DNA of 64,000 bases, from NCBI GenBank assembly GCA_965601925.1, contig OZ271854.1:928001-992000 (forward strand), written 5' to 3'. Of this stretch, positions 47,718-57,173 are shown one piece after another; positions within the stretch are counted from its first letter, which is position 1; the number at the start of each line of letters is the position of its first letter. The notes beneath the pieces were generated by a model, which made no database searches, had not been told where the DNA came from, and saw nothing but the letters and a program-made list of their open reading frames with translations. The DNA comes from Alkalispirochaeta sp. (GTDB lineage Bacteria > Spirochaetota > Spirochaetia > DSM-27196 > Alkalispirochaetaceae). Position numbers and translations under genes: made by a program.

Positions 47718-50700
47718 CTACAGGGAGACGGTAGCGAGCTCATCCAGGGTTACTCTCCGAGCCCGCTCTCGGACGCGCGCCGTCTGTGCCGCCGACATCT
47801 CGCCCTCGGCCCGCTCGATAAGTTTCGCGACTTCAACCTTCGTAATAAAAAGGCCCGCGGGGTGGTCGAGGACGACGTAGGCGCGGAGAAGAGCGCCGGC
47901 GATGTCCCCATCGTACTGGAACTCCGCTTTCAACGCCGCTCCTTGTAATACCGTGTACGGCAGTCCGCCGCGACGAGTGACGAGGTCGTCGAACGCGCGA
48001 ATGCAGGCGCGAATTTCGGTCTCGTCTCCCCGCGCAAGGGCCGAGCGGGCCAAGACGTAGGCGGCCTCAATCCGCCATTCGAGGTTCCTCGACGCGGTGA
48101 AATGTTCGTCCGCTCGCCTCGCGAGCTCCATCGCGGCGGCGGAGTCTCCGGAGACGAGGGCAAAGCGTCCCTGGCCGAGAAGTAGTCGTCCTCGTATCAT
48201 GGGAGACTCCACCGACGTGATATACTCCTCCGCAGCCGAAAGGTGTCGGGCCGCCGAGGTGAGATTGTCTTGGTCCGTTTCGAGATCGGCCAGCCGTACG
48301 GCGATCCACACGGCGTCACCGAAGTTTCCGAGCGCCGTCTCCATCTTCAGGCTCTCGGTGAGGAGAGCGGCGGCTTTGCCGTAGTCTCCGAGGACGTACA
48401 TAATCGTCCCGAGACGTCCGGTATCCCACGCGAGGCTGTCTCGGTCGCCGACACGGCGCCGGTTTTCCAACGCTTCCTCGTAGAGCGCGCGTGCCCGTCC
48501 GTAATCGCCTACGGCAAACGCGACCTCGCCGATCGCCTTGACCGCGTATCCTTCGCCCCATACGTCGCCGATGGCCCGACTCAACACCAAACTCTCCCGA
48601 TAGTGCCGCTCGGCCTCTTCGGACAAGAACTCACTGCGCGCCAAATCCCCCCGTATATGGGCCGTAAAGGATCGGGCAAAATCGTCGCCGCCGTCGAGGA
48701 GCGCCGCCTCGGCCCTCCCCAACCAATAGGCCCCTCGGGAGTGGCTTGGTTCACTCCAGATACCGAGGCCGGCGGCCATGGCAAAGTAGAATCCGGCGTC
48801 CGGGGTGTTCAACTCTTCCAAAAGCGGCTCCGCTTCGCCGAAGTATCGCCGTGCCGAGGCTTTGTGATTCAACTTGTGACTCATGTAGGCCACAAAGAGA
48901 AGTATTCTGGCGACGAGAGCGCCGTTCCGATCGGATTGCACGGACACCGATGCGAGCGTCTCGTACGTGGAAAGAAAGAGCTCCTTGGCGCCCAAAATGC
49001 GACCCCGCAGCTTGTGAAACAGCACCATTCCGGGCAGGAGGCGTTCGATTGTCTCAAACTCGCGCGTCGTGAGAGACAACTCCCACGCGGCGAGAATATG
49101 GTCGAGCTCTCGATCGATCTCTCGCACCGCCTCAGCCTGACCGAACCCGCTCAGTGAGGTCGTACGCTGAGCGACGAAGAGTGCATAGTACTCGCCGTAG
49201 CGCCTCCGTAGAGCGTGATACCGCTCCGGATACGCCTGAAACTTCTCGCGGGTAAACCGAATTAGAAGGGGGTGGAGATGGAGAGAACCGGTTTCACCTT
49301 TGGTAACGAGAGATTGCGCCGCCAGTCGGAGCAGTGGTTGCGACGACGTGCCGAGCACCGTACGGGCGGTCTCCATGTCGACGTCGCCGGCAAAGAGGGT
49401 CAGCACAAAGAGCGCATCGCGCTCCTCGTCGGAGAGCGCCTGCCACGCCGGCTCGAAGACGGCGCGAATACTCCGATGCCGTCGCGGACGCGCCGCACTC
49501 TCGCTCGTCAAAATATCGAGCCCCCGTTCCAACTCCGCGGCGAGCTCCCGACACGACATCGTTCGAACCAACGGCGCGGCGAGCTCGATCCCGAGAGGAA
49601 GTCCTCCCAATATCGTGAGCACCCGCCGGAGCGCCTCGCGTTGGTCGTCCCGTATTGCGAAGTCCGCACGGGCTCGACGGGCACACCGCACGAACAACTC
49701 CACCGACGGACACCGGTCAAACTCGTCGATGACCGTCGATTCCGGTACGGCCAGCGCTCGGAGATCGTATACGCACTCTCCCGGAAGCTCTAAGGGTTCC
49801 CGAGCGGTGACGAGGATACCGAGTCCCGGCGACAGCGCCGCATCCAATAAGAACTCATCTACTCCGTGGCCGAGTCCTCCGATTCCGTCCAGAACCAACA
49901 ACGCGCGCTTTCCCTTCAAAAAGCCGATGAGTTGCATCCGTGGGTCCGAACGCTTGTCCGTTACGAGTCCGAGTTCAAAGATGAGCGTGGCGTAGAACCG
50001 CTCGGGCGATGTAACGTGCTCCAAAGATATGAAGTACGCACCGTCACGGAGCGATTCCGGACGGCGGGTGTGCAGCTCAAAGGCGAGACGACTTTTGCCG
50101 ATACCTCCGGGGCCGGATAGGGTAACGACGCCGCACTCTCCCGCGTCGAGTCGGTCGATGAGCTCCCGAACTTCCCGGTCACGTCCCACCAACGGCGCGG
50201 CCCGCAATGCGCCGATCGACTCCGCGTCGGTCTCTCGGGCAAGGGGCGTCACGGAGAAGCCGGTTGTTGGTGGGGCGACATCACCGGCCACGATACGTTC
50301 GAAGAGAAGCGTCGTCTCCGCTTCCGGCTCCACGCCGATCTCCTCCTCAAGAAGGCCGCGGCACACCTCGTACTGTCGGACCGCCGCGCTACGGCGTCCC
50401 GCCGATGCGTACAGATACATCAGTTCGCGGTGAGCCGACTCATCGAGGTGATCGACCGCCAAGAGCCGGTTTCCGTAATGCAGAGCCTCATCAATCTCGT
50501 CACCCTCCACACAGAGGCGGATTAATGAGGACAGTGACTTGGCCAGCGCGCGACGCAGATCATCTCGTTGGAAAAAACGCCACTGCTCAAACTCGGGACT
50601 GACCTCGTCCGCAAAATCCGAGAGAAAATCGTCGCGATACAGCGCTACGAGGCGCGACAACTCCGTCTTCAACTCCTGCGGGGGTCGCGACGCATCTCCG

Positions 50701-51044
50701 TCGGAGAGTTCTCGAAGGCGTCGGCGAAACGTACGGGCGTCGCACCAGACCTCGTCGGCGAGAGCGAGGCTGTCGCCCTGCGTGTCGATCCATCGTGGTG
50801 TCGCCGCCGTTCTGATCGACCATAGAGTGCGCCGGAGATTTGCAAAAGCGCGCGTCTGCGTGTAGTCCGACCAAATGATCCCCGAGACCCGCTCCCGTGA
50901 GTGTCTCCCCGGGGAGAGCGCAAGATAGGCGAGTACCGCCGTTGCTTTGGAAGTATCGAAGTGAATCGGACGCTCGGCCTCAAAGAACTCCGGGGCACCG
51001 AGAAGATAGATCGACGATGGGGATGTAGAGCATCGCGTCACCAC
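47718..51044 (-). CDS. AfsR/SARP-type regulator: wHTH-BTAD + STAND (NB-ARC-like) ATPase + TPR
   Basis: LAYLAL..RE....IW, LYRDDFL, E.AHRELM.LYA.AGRR.AA..QY..C...L.EE.GVEP, GPGGIGKSRLA, GLPLGIELAA, C-terminal TPRs. Confidence 0.9.
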   Translation of the reverse strand: MVTRCSTSPSSIYLLGAPEFFEAERPIHFDTSKATAVLAYLALSPGRHSRERVSGIIWSDYTQTRAFANLRRTLWSIRTAATPRWIDTQGDSLALADEVWCDARTFRRRLRELSDGDASRPPQELKTELSRLVALYRDDFLSDFADEVSPEFEQWRFFQRDDLRRALAKSLSSLIRLCVEGDEIDEALHYGNRLLAVDHLDESAHRELMYLYASAGRRSAAVRQYEVCRGLLEEEIGVEPEAETTLLFERIVAGDVAPPTTGFSVTPLARETDAESIGALRAAPLVGRDREVRELIDRLDAGECGVVTLSGPGGIGKSRLAFELHTRRPESLRDGAYFISLEHVTSPERFYATLIFELGLVTDKRSDPRMQLIGFLKGKRALLVLDGIGGLGHGVDEFLLDAALSPGLGILVTAREPLELPGECVYDLRALAVPESTVIDEFDRCPSVELFVRCARRARADFAIRDDQREALRRVLTILGGLPLGIELAAPLVRTMSCRELAAELERGLDILTSESAARPRRHRSIRAVFEPAWQALSDEERDALFVLTLFAGDVDMETARTVLGTSSQPLLRLAAQSLVTKGETGSLHLHPLLIRFTREKFQAYPERYHALRRRYGEYYALFVAQRTTSLSGFGQAEAVREIDRELDHILAAWELSLTTREFETIERLLPGMVLFHKLRGRILGAKELFLSTYETLASVSVQSDRNGALVARILLFVAYMSHKLNHKASARRYFGEAEPLLEELNTPDAGFYFAMAAGLGIWSEPSHSRGAYWLGRAEAALLDGGDDFARSFTAHIRGDLARSEFLSEEAERHYRESLVLSRAIGDVWGEGYAVKAIGEVAFAVGDYGRARALYEEALENRRRVGDRDSLAWDTGRLGTIMYVLGDYGKAAALLTESLKMETALGNFGDAVWIAVRLADLETDQDNLTSAARHLSAAEEYITSVESPMIRGRLLLGQGRFALVSGDSAAAMELARRADEHFTASRNLEWRIEAAYVLARSALARGDETEIRACIRAFDDLVTRRGGLPYTVLQGAALKAEFQYDGDIAGALLRAYVVLDHPAGLFITKVEVAKLIERAEGEMSAAQTARVRERARRVTLDELATVSL

Positions 51045-51104
51045 GGCACCAGTGTACTACAACGACGCACCGGTAACGGAGTGTCATTCTCAAAAAAAAG
51101 CGCG

Positions 51105-51145
51105 CGTAGCGCCCCTCGTAACGTCTTCGTAACGCTCCCGTATCG
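51105..51145 (+). promoter_or_regulatory. Heptamer direct-repeat array, putative SARP/BTAD binding site
   Basis: CGTAGCG (51105), CGTAACG (51117), CGTAACG (51128), CGTATCG (51139); the last three are at exact 11-bp spacing. Confidence 0.65.
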
Positions 51146-51194
51146 CCGACGCCGCTACGTTACGGCACGAGACGAATCGAAACGGGGGAAGACT

Positions 51195-51761
51195 ATGCTA
51201 TTAGGACAGGGAATCATGGCCGGGGCACATCGTACCATATCGTACCAACGGGCGACACGAGAGGCGGCGCAGCTATATGAGCGGTGTTACCAGAAGGGTA
51301 TGAGCCGACGATTCTTTCGCCGGCTCCTCGGGATGTCGTCGTCGCTTCTCGTACCGGAATGCAACCGCGGCGGGGCGGCCTCGGGTACCAGGACGGGCAC
51401 CGAAGTGGTTGGTGCGATACCCATCGATCGCATTCGCGGAAGCGAGGTTCCTTGCGGCGCGTTTGACGATCGCTTCCTCCCGGTAGCGCGAACGCACGAC
51501 CGCGATAGGTGGATAACGATCGCCGCAAACTTCCTCCTCGGGAATGCCGTGCCGATAGCGACACTGGTGGCACTCGGCGAGGAACTGTACGTCCGAAGCG
51601 GACACGAGGCGATATCGGTGGCCCGAGCGTTCGGCCAGACGGCGGTAGATGTTCGGATCGTTCATCTCCCGGACGATACGTCCCGACATACCGGGAACGT
51701 GCTGATGGGACGTGAGGAGACGACGGCGCCCGGACGCGCGGCCATCGCGATCCGCGCCTGA
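51195..51761 (+). CDS. Small ParB/Sulfiredoxin-like domain protein with degenerate motif
   Basis: IPIDRIRGSE...FDDRFLP...RW; LYVRSGHEAISVARAFG where the family usually has DGHHR.SVAR. Confidence 0.6.
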   Translation: MLLGQGIMAGAHRTISYQRATREAAQLYERCYQKGMSRRFFRRLLGMSSSLLVPECNRGGAASGTRTGTEVVGAIPIDRIRGSEVPCGAFDDRFLPVARTHDRDRWITIAANFLLGNAVPIATLVALGEELYVRSGHEAISVARAFGQTAVDVRIVHLPDDTSRHTGNVLMGREETTAPGRAAIAIRA

Positions 51762-51918
51762 GAGGGGCACGAAAGCGAGGAGCGTCGCGACGCATCGCCC
51801 CAATATCTCATTGAGCAGCGCCGCCGGCGGAGTAGCGCGATCGCCGGCGGCGTTCTCTCCGGTACGGCCGACGACGCGCTCTCCATCCCCGGGAAGTAGT
51901 ACTTTACGGACAGGGCCT

Positions 51919-52764
51919 ATGAAAGAGCGAGTCCGAACCTTCGATCGGTATCGGGGAGCCGTCATGATACTCATGGCGCTCGACCACGCCGGCTACTTTC
52001 TGCAGAAACTTCACTTCAGAGGCTCTTGCAAAATTGCATTTTTCAAGAGCCTCAATATCGGGTCGAAATCATAATTATATACATGATATATAATTATGAT
52101 TTCTAAAGGTCCTGACAATTTCAAAAATCGACGATTTTTGAAATTGCCTGTTCAGTGAGTTTTGGGGTAGCCCACTGCCCGACTTCCCCGGCCGTGCGCA
52201 ATTCTGGACGCGCATCGTCACCCACCTATGCGCCCCCGCGTTCTTTCTCCTCATGGGAATCGGTGTCTCCCTCATGGTACACCGGAGAACCGCCGCAGGA
52301 TGGACGAGCAACGAACCGTGCGCGCGTTGGCGCCGACGGGCCTGGGTGTATTGGGACTGTTTGTTCTCCTGCGATGGGCCGAAGGATTCGGAAACAGTCA
52401 TCCCATTCCCCGTTCTCCCACCGTCGTAGGATTCCTCCATCTCACGAAGTATCCTCCGAGCATAACGTATCTTCTCGCGTCATTGGGCGTGGGGTTGGTT
52501 TGCATGGGGGTGTCGTCTTACCTAACGAGACCACTGGAACCGATAGGCCGCATCCTGGAGCGTTACGGCAGAGTGCCGCTTTTCTTTTACATGACTCACT
52601 TGTTCATGTTCGGCGTCATCGGCACGGCGTTTCCGCACGGGGCCTCCGTCGCCGCCACCTATCTGATATGGGCACTCGGGGTAATCGGTCTCTTTTTTGC
52701 ATGTCGCGCCTACGGAGCATTCCGCTCCGGCACGCCGACGGACTCGATCTGGCGTGCGCTATAG
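51919..52764 (+). pseudogene. DUF1624/HGSNAT-like membrane acyltransferase pseudogene
   Basis: N-terminus D..RG.VM.LMALDH; interrupted by the MITE; resumes SEFWG...TRIVTHLCAPAFFLLMG; frameshift near 52300; C-terminus TKYPPS..YLL, GRVPLFFY..HL. Confidence 0.8.
52019..52150. mobile_element. 132-bp triple-hairpin MITE, copy 2
   Basis: TTCA duplication at 52015-18 and 52151-54; removing the element plus one TSD restores CAC TTC AGT GAG TTT TGG in frame. Confidence 0.9.
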
Positions 52765-52797
52765 GAGTTATCGCGAGACGCGATCGAAATACGGTCC

Positions 52798-53157
52798 CTA
52801 CTCCCCCACCGTCTGATAAAACTCGACGGTATTACCCTCGGGATCCATCACTTGAAAGAAAAGATCGTGACCGGACCTCGTTATCGGCACTACCACTTGG
52901 CAGCTTTTCTTGGTAAGCAGGCTCAACATCGCTTCCACATCTGCGACCTGCACATTGATGACGACGTTATCGCCGAACATCGGCTCCACACCGTCGGCCG
53001 CGGGATTGTAAAGCAGGAGGTCGAATCCGCCGAGGTGAAGGACACTCATTCGCTCGTCGAGCTCCGTCTCGGTAGGCTCAAGAAGCTCCGTATAGAAGTG
53101 CACCGCGCGTTTCATGTCCCGAGCGGTGAGGTATACTGCATTGAGTTTCGGCTTCAT
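52798..53157 (-). CDS. VOC/glyoxalase-family protein
   Basis: L.ARDMKRAVHFYTELL, V.DVEA, MDPEGNTVEFYQ; start trimmed to 53157. Confidence 0.85.
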   Translation of the reverse strand: MKPKLNAVYLTARDMKRAVHFYTELLEPTETELDERMSVLHLGGFDLLLYNPAADGVEPMFGDNVVINVQVADVEAMLSLLTKKSCQVVVPITRSGHDLFFQVMDPEGNTVEFYQTVGE

Positions 53158-53227
53158 GTGGCCGCGATCGTAGCACGCCGTAGGCGCTTTGCGCACCGAC
53201 CGCTTTTTCGATATCGTATGGCAATCG

Positions 53228-54220
53228 ATGGAGCGGCGGCCGCGTCGCTCCCGGGAGGGTAGTCTGGTTTTCCGCGGACGCGCACCGGTCGTCGTCTTCA
53301 CATTACTCCTTGTCGTGGCCTTGGCACAGTCGGCACGTACTATGATTTCGCTTTCCCGAGCCGTCTCCTCACGAGCCCTCGACGCGGCGCCTAGAGGCCG
53401 CCATATTGCGGTCTTCATGCCCGACGGGGCGTCGCTCTTTTTCGACCGTATTCGCGAGGGCGTCGAGGCGGCCGCCGTACGCTACGATGTCGCGGTCTCG
53501 TTTCATCCGATTTATCCCGCCTCCCCCGAGTTCTCCTTTGCCCGCCACTCCGGAGTGGACGGTATGATTATCTATCCCTCTCTGGGAGACACCGAGGCGC
53601 GCCGACGGCTGGAGGAACTCGAGAGGGCCGGTATCCCCATCGTGTTGATCGAACGGGGAGTGGCGGCCGATACGCCGTGGACCTTCGTCGGTACCAACAA
53701 CTTCGACATGGGCCGCCGGATCGGAGAGTTGGTCGACGATCTCTCGGCGGAGGCGACGCGTGTGGCGGTGGTGTACAGCGAAAAATCGCCGGCGGTCGCG
53801 GCGGAGCGGGAGCTTCTCGAGCTGGGAATCACCTCCGCGCTCGCCGACGGACTGGCGGCGCCCATCATACGAAAGCAGACCGGACTCAATCCTCTGGACG
53901 CCGAGGAGCTTACCTACCGAATCGTGCGCGATGAGCCGGAGGTGCGTGTACTGGTCTTCACCGATACCAACGACACGCTGGCCGCCCTTCAGGTGATCAT
54001 CGATCTCAATTTGGTGGGAAGCGTGCAGGTCGTCGGTTTCGGCGTCACCGACGCGATTCTCGACTATTTGGACCGCGGCGTGCTGGCGGCGACGATCGCG
54101 ATCAACCCTCAGCGTATCGGTGTGGAGGCGGTACGCGTGCTTGCGGAGCTCTTGGGCGAGGGCTACTCACCGGGGTACGTCGATACCGGAGTAGAGATTA
54201 TCCGGTCGGAACGATGGTAG
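53228..54220 (+). CDS. Membrane-anchored sugar-binding sensor accessory protein (XylFII-like)
   Basis: N-terminal TM helix; GIPIVLI, FVGTNNFDMG, VVGFG; overlaps the histidine kinase start. Confidence 0.75.
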   Translation: MERRPRRSREGSLVFRGRAPVVVFTLLLVVALAQSARTMISLSRAVSSRALDAAPRGRHIAVFMPDGASLFFDRIREGVEAAAVRYDVAVSFHPIYPASPEFSFARHSGVDGMIIYPSLGDTEARRRLEELERAGIPIVLIERGVAADTPWTFVGTNNFDMGRRIGELVDDLSAEATRVAVVYSEKSPAVAAERELLELGITSALADGLAAPIIRKQTGLNPLDAEELTYRIVRDEPEVRVLVFTDTNDTLAALQVIIDLNLVGSVQVVGFGVTDAILDYLDRGVLAATIAINPQRIGVEAVRVLAELLGEGYSPGYVDTGVEIIRSERW

Positions 54221-55704
54221 GAATTAAAAACTCGCTCCGTACTCAGCTGATCTTCTCTTCGGTGGTCGGATTGGCGTTCGTCATTCTCTCAGTCGCCTAC
54301 ATTCTCTTTGCGACCATACGGCTCCAGCGAGTCGTCAACGATCAGTTCAGCACCGAACGCTTTCTGCAGGAACTCCAGCGGGAGGTGGTGGCGATTCGAG
54401 AGCCCTTGCTCGACTATCTGTCGAGCCGCTCGTCGGGGGCGCTGGCCGAGCTGTTGGTGGAAGAGCAGATTCTCCGTGGAATGGTTCCGGCCGAGCGACC
54501 GATCTCTACCGATCCGGTGACCCTGGCCGGCCGAGAGATATACTTCCTCCTCGACTCCTATCTCGACCTCCTGCAACGGGCGATCGACCTCAAGAGGGCC
54601 CGGGCCATCGAGGACTACATCGCTCTGTACGATGAGATGGAACGACTCAACCAACACATCGTCGAGCGGATCGACCGCGTGAGTCTCCTCGGCCTCAGAA
54701 CGGAGTTGGACGCCTACGAGGAGCTCATCGCGCGCTCGCGCCGAATGCTGTTTTGGAACCTGGTGGTCATCGTCGCCGCATTTCTGAGCTCCTCGGCGTG
54801 GATACTGTTCGCGATACGCCGCGTCACGGATCCGATGGATCACCTGGCACGAACGGCCTCGGAGCTCTCGGACGGCAACTTCGAAGTAGAAGATATCGAG
54901 GTAGACACGGTTCGCGAGATGGCGACGGTCGTGGCGGCGTTCAATCGCATGAAACACGATATCCGCCGCTATATCGCCGAGCTCAACCGAAGGAGCCGCC
55001 TCGACCAGGAATACATGGAGCAGAAGCTGCGTAATCTCAAGATGGAACAGATCCTGAAGCGGATGGAGCTGTACACCATGCAGGCGCAGATGAATCCGCA
55101 CTTCCTGTTTAATACCCTCAACACCGGCGTGCAGCTCGCGATCATGGAGCGAGCCGACAGGACCGCCGACTTCATGGAGCACCTCGCCCACTTTTTCCGC
55201 CACAACATCAGAGAACGCGATTTGATCGTGCCGCTGCGCCACGAGATCGAGGGCCTCTCCGCCTATCTGTACATCTTGCGCATCCGCTTTCCGAAGTCGC
55301 TGCAGTTTACGCTGGAAGTTCCGGAGGAGCTCCTCGATACGTGCCGCGTACCGGCGTTGATCCTGCAGCCGTTGGTAGAAAACTCGGTGATTCACGCTTT
55401 CGAGGGAGTGGAACGCTCGGGCGAAATCGTCATACGCGTCTGGAAGGCGAATGCCGTCATCCATCTATCGGTACGCGACAACGGCATAGGCATGGCGCCG
55501 ACGACCGCGAGCCGCCTCCTGCAACGGTCCCAACGCGATATCGAGCACGGCTCCAAAGTCATGGGGCTGGAGAACGTGATCCAACGACTCTACTTTTTCT
55601 TTCCATCGCTGGAAAACACCGTTACGATTAAGAGCGCACCCGACGCCGGCACCGAGATTCTGATTATGATCGATACGAGGGTAGAGGCGTGTATTCCGTC
55701 CTAA
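54214..55704 (+). CDS. LytS/YesM-family sensor histidine kinase
   Basis: Two TM helices, HAMP, QAQMNPHFLFNTLN, LQPLVENSVIH, DNGIG. Confidence 0.93.
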   Translation: MVGIKNSLRTQLIFSSVVGLAFVILSVAYILFATIRLQRVVNDQFSTERFLQELQREVVAIREPLLDYLSSRSSGALAELLVEEQILRGMVPAERPISTDPVTLAGREIYFLLDSYLDLLQRAIDLKRARAIEDYIALYDEMERLNQHIVERIDRVSLLGLRTELDAYEELIARSRRMLFWNLVVIVAAFLSSSAWILFAIRRVTDPMDHLARTASELSDGNFEVEDIEVDTVREMATVVAAFNRMKHDIRRYIAELNRRSRLDQEYMEQKLRNLKMEQILKRMELYTMQAQMNPHFLFNTLNTGVQLAIMERADRTADFMEHLAHFFRHNIRERDLIVPLRHEIEGLSAYLYILRIRFPKSLQFTLEVPEELLDTCRVPALILQPLVENSVIHAFEGVERSGEIVIRVWKANAVIHLSVRDNGIGMAPTTASRLLQRSQRDIEHGSKVMGLENVIQRLYFFFPSLENTVTIKSAPDAGTEILIMIDTRVEACIPS

Positions 55705-57173
55705 TCGTCGACGACGAAGAACCGGTTCTCGAAAGCTACTCGTACATGGTCGCCTCCTCGGACGACGACTTGGTGGTGTGTGGAACCGCGCGCTCCGGGA
55801 ACGAGGCGGTCGCTACGGCGCACCGCGAGAGACCGGACATCGTGCTGATGGATATCGCGATGCCGGGCATCGACGGGCTGGATACGATCAAAGAGCTGCA
55901 ACGCGAGCTTCCCGAGTCGCTCTATATACTCTCTACCGCCTACGAACGCTTCGATTTGGCGCAGCGCGCCATTCCGTTGCGCGTCTTCTCCTATCTTGTG
56001 AAACCGGTGTCGCGCACGCGATTTCTCCAAACGTTGCGCAAAGCGCGCGAGCACTTGGACGAGCGCGAAACCTTAGTGACGATGCGTCTGGAAGAGGCGC
56101 AGTCCGGTGTAGAGGAGCGCCGTCGCGAGGAACGCCGGCTTCTGTTGCAAATTACGGCGCGCCCGATGGACGACGCTACATGGAGCCGCGGTCGCGCCCT
56201 GTTCCAACTCTCCTCGGATCACGGAATCATCGCGATCGTGGAGACACCGACGCGCGACCACTACGATGGGATCGTCCGGAGAATCGCGCACCGGTATCGG
56301 TGTCTCTCCACCGAGTATCTGGGCCGCCTACTCCTGTTGATTCCCGATCCGCTCCAGCTCGCGGGCTTTGAACACTATATCCAAGAGGCGGTGCGGGATG
56401 AGGTGGGGCCGGGCGCCACGATACGGGTCGAGCTGAGCGGCAGACGGCGCTATGATGAGTTTCACGCGGCCTTTGAGGAGATACTGAGCGCTTTCACGGG
56501 GACCGATGCTCGCCATCGTCGTCGCTGGGAGGAAGTGACCTCCATTCGTCGCCACGTGGCCCGTTCGCGATCGCTCGACGAGATTTTGACGCGGTGCCGT
56601 CGTTACTTCGATGACGAGTTTGCCGCGGAACCGTTCGAGGTGGCGTCGTCACGGATGGTAGCGTTTTTCACCCTGCTTCTGGACGACCTCGCCGGACGGG
56701 CCGGCACCGTCGACGTCGTATCGCGCATCGGCGACCCCGCGGCGGAGATCCCCACGATTCGATCCAGAGTCGAATGGGACGCGTGGGCGGAGCGAACGTT
56801 GAGCCGTATTGCGGCCCAACGCACCATGAGAATCGACGAGCACTGGCCCGTACCGCTCCGGTACGCCGTCGCCCACATCGACACACACTACGCCGAGCCG
56901 CTCCACCTCTCTTCGGTCGCCGAGACGTGCGACATATCGACGGGATATCTCAGCCGCCTCTTTGCCGAGCACCTCGGCACGAGCTTCAACGATTATCTCA
57001 ACAGCGTACGTATCGGCGCGGCGGAAGCGCTCCTCATCGTGGGAGAGCTGTCGATCAAGGAGATCGCCTTCGCGTGCGGATATCGCGATCCGAACTATTT
57101 CAGCCGTATCTTCAAAAAGGTCAATGGTGTATCTCCGACCTCGTTTCCCGCCGGGGAGGACCATGGCGCATAG
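55689..57173 (+). CDS. YesN-family response regulator (REC + AraC HTH)
   Basis: LIVDDE, DIAMPGIDGL, YLVKP; YLSRLF...IKEIAFACGYRDPNYFSRIFKK. Confidence 0.93.
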   Translation: MYSVLIVDDEEPVLESYSYMVASSDDDLVVCGTARSGNEAVATAHRERPDIVLMDIAMPGIDGLDTIKELQRELPESLYILSTAYERFDLAQRAIPLRVFSYLVKPVSRTRFLQTLRKAREHLDERETLVTMRLEEAQSGVEERRREERRLLLQITARPMDDATWSRGRALFQLSSDHGIIAIVETPTRDHYDGIVRRIAHRYRCLSTEYLGRLLLLIPDPLQLAGFEHYIQEAVRDEVGPGATIRVELSGRRRYDEFHAAFEEILSAFTGTDARHRRRWEEVTSIRRHVARSRSLDEILTRCRRYFDDEFAAEPFEVASSRMVAFFTLLLDDLAGRAGTVDVVSRIGDPAAEIPTIRSRVEWDAWAERTLSRIAAQRTMRIDEHWPVPLRYAVAHIDTHYAEPLHLSSVAETCDISTGYLSRLFAEHLGTSFNDYLNSVRIGAAEALLIVGELSIKEIAFACGYRDPNYFSRIFKKVNGVSPTSFPAGEDHGA

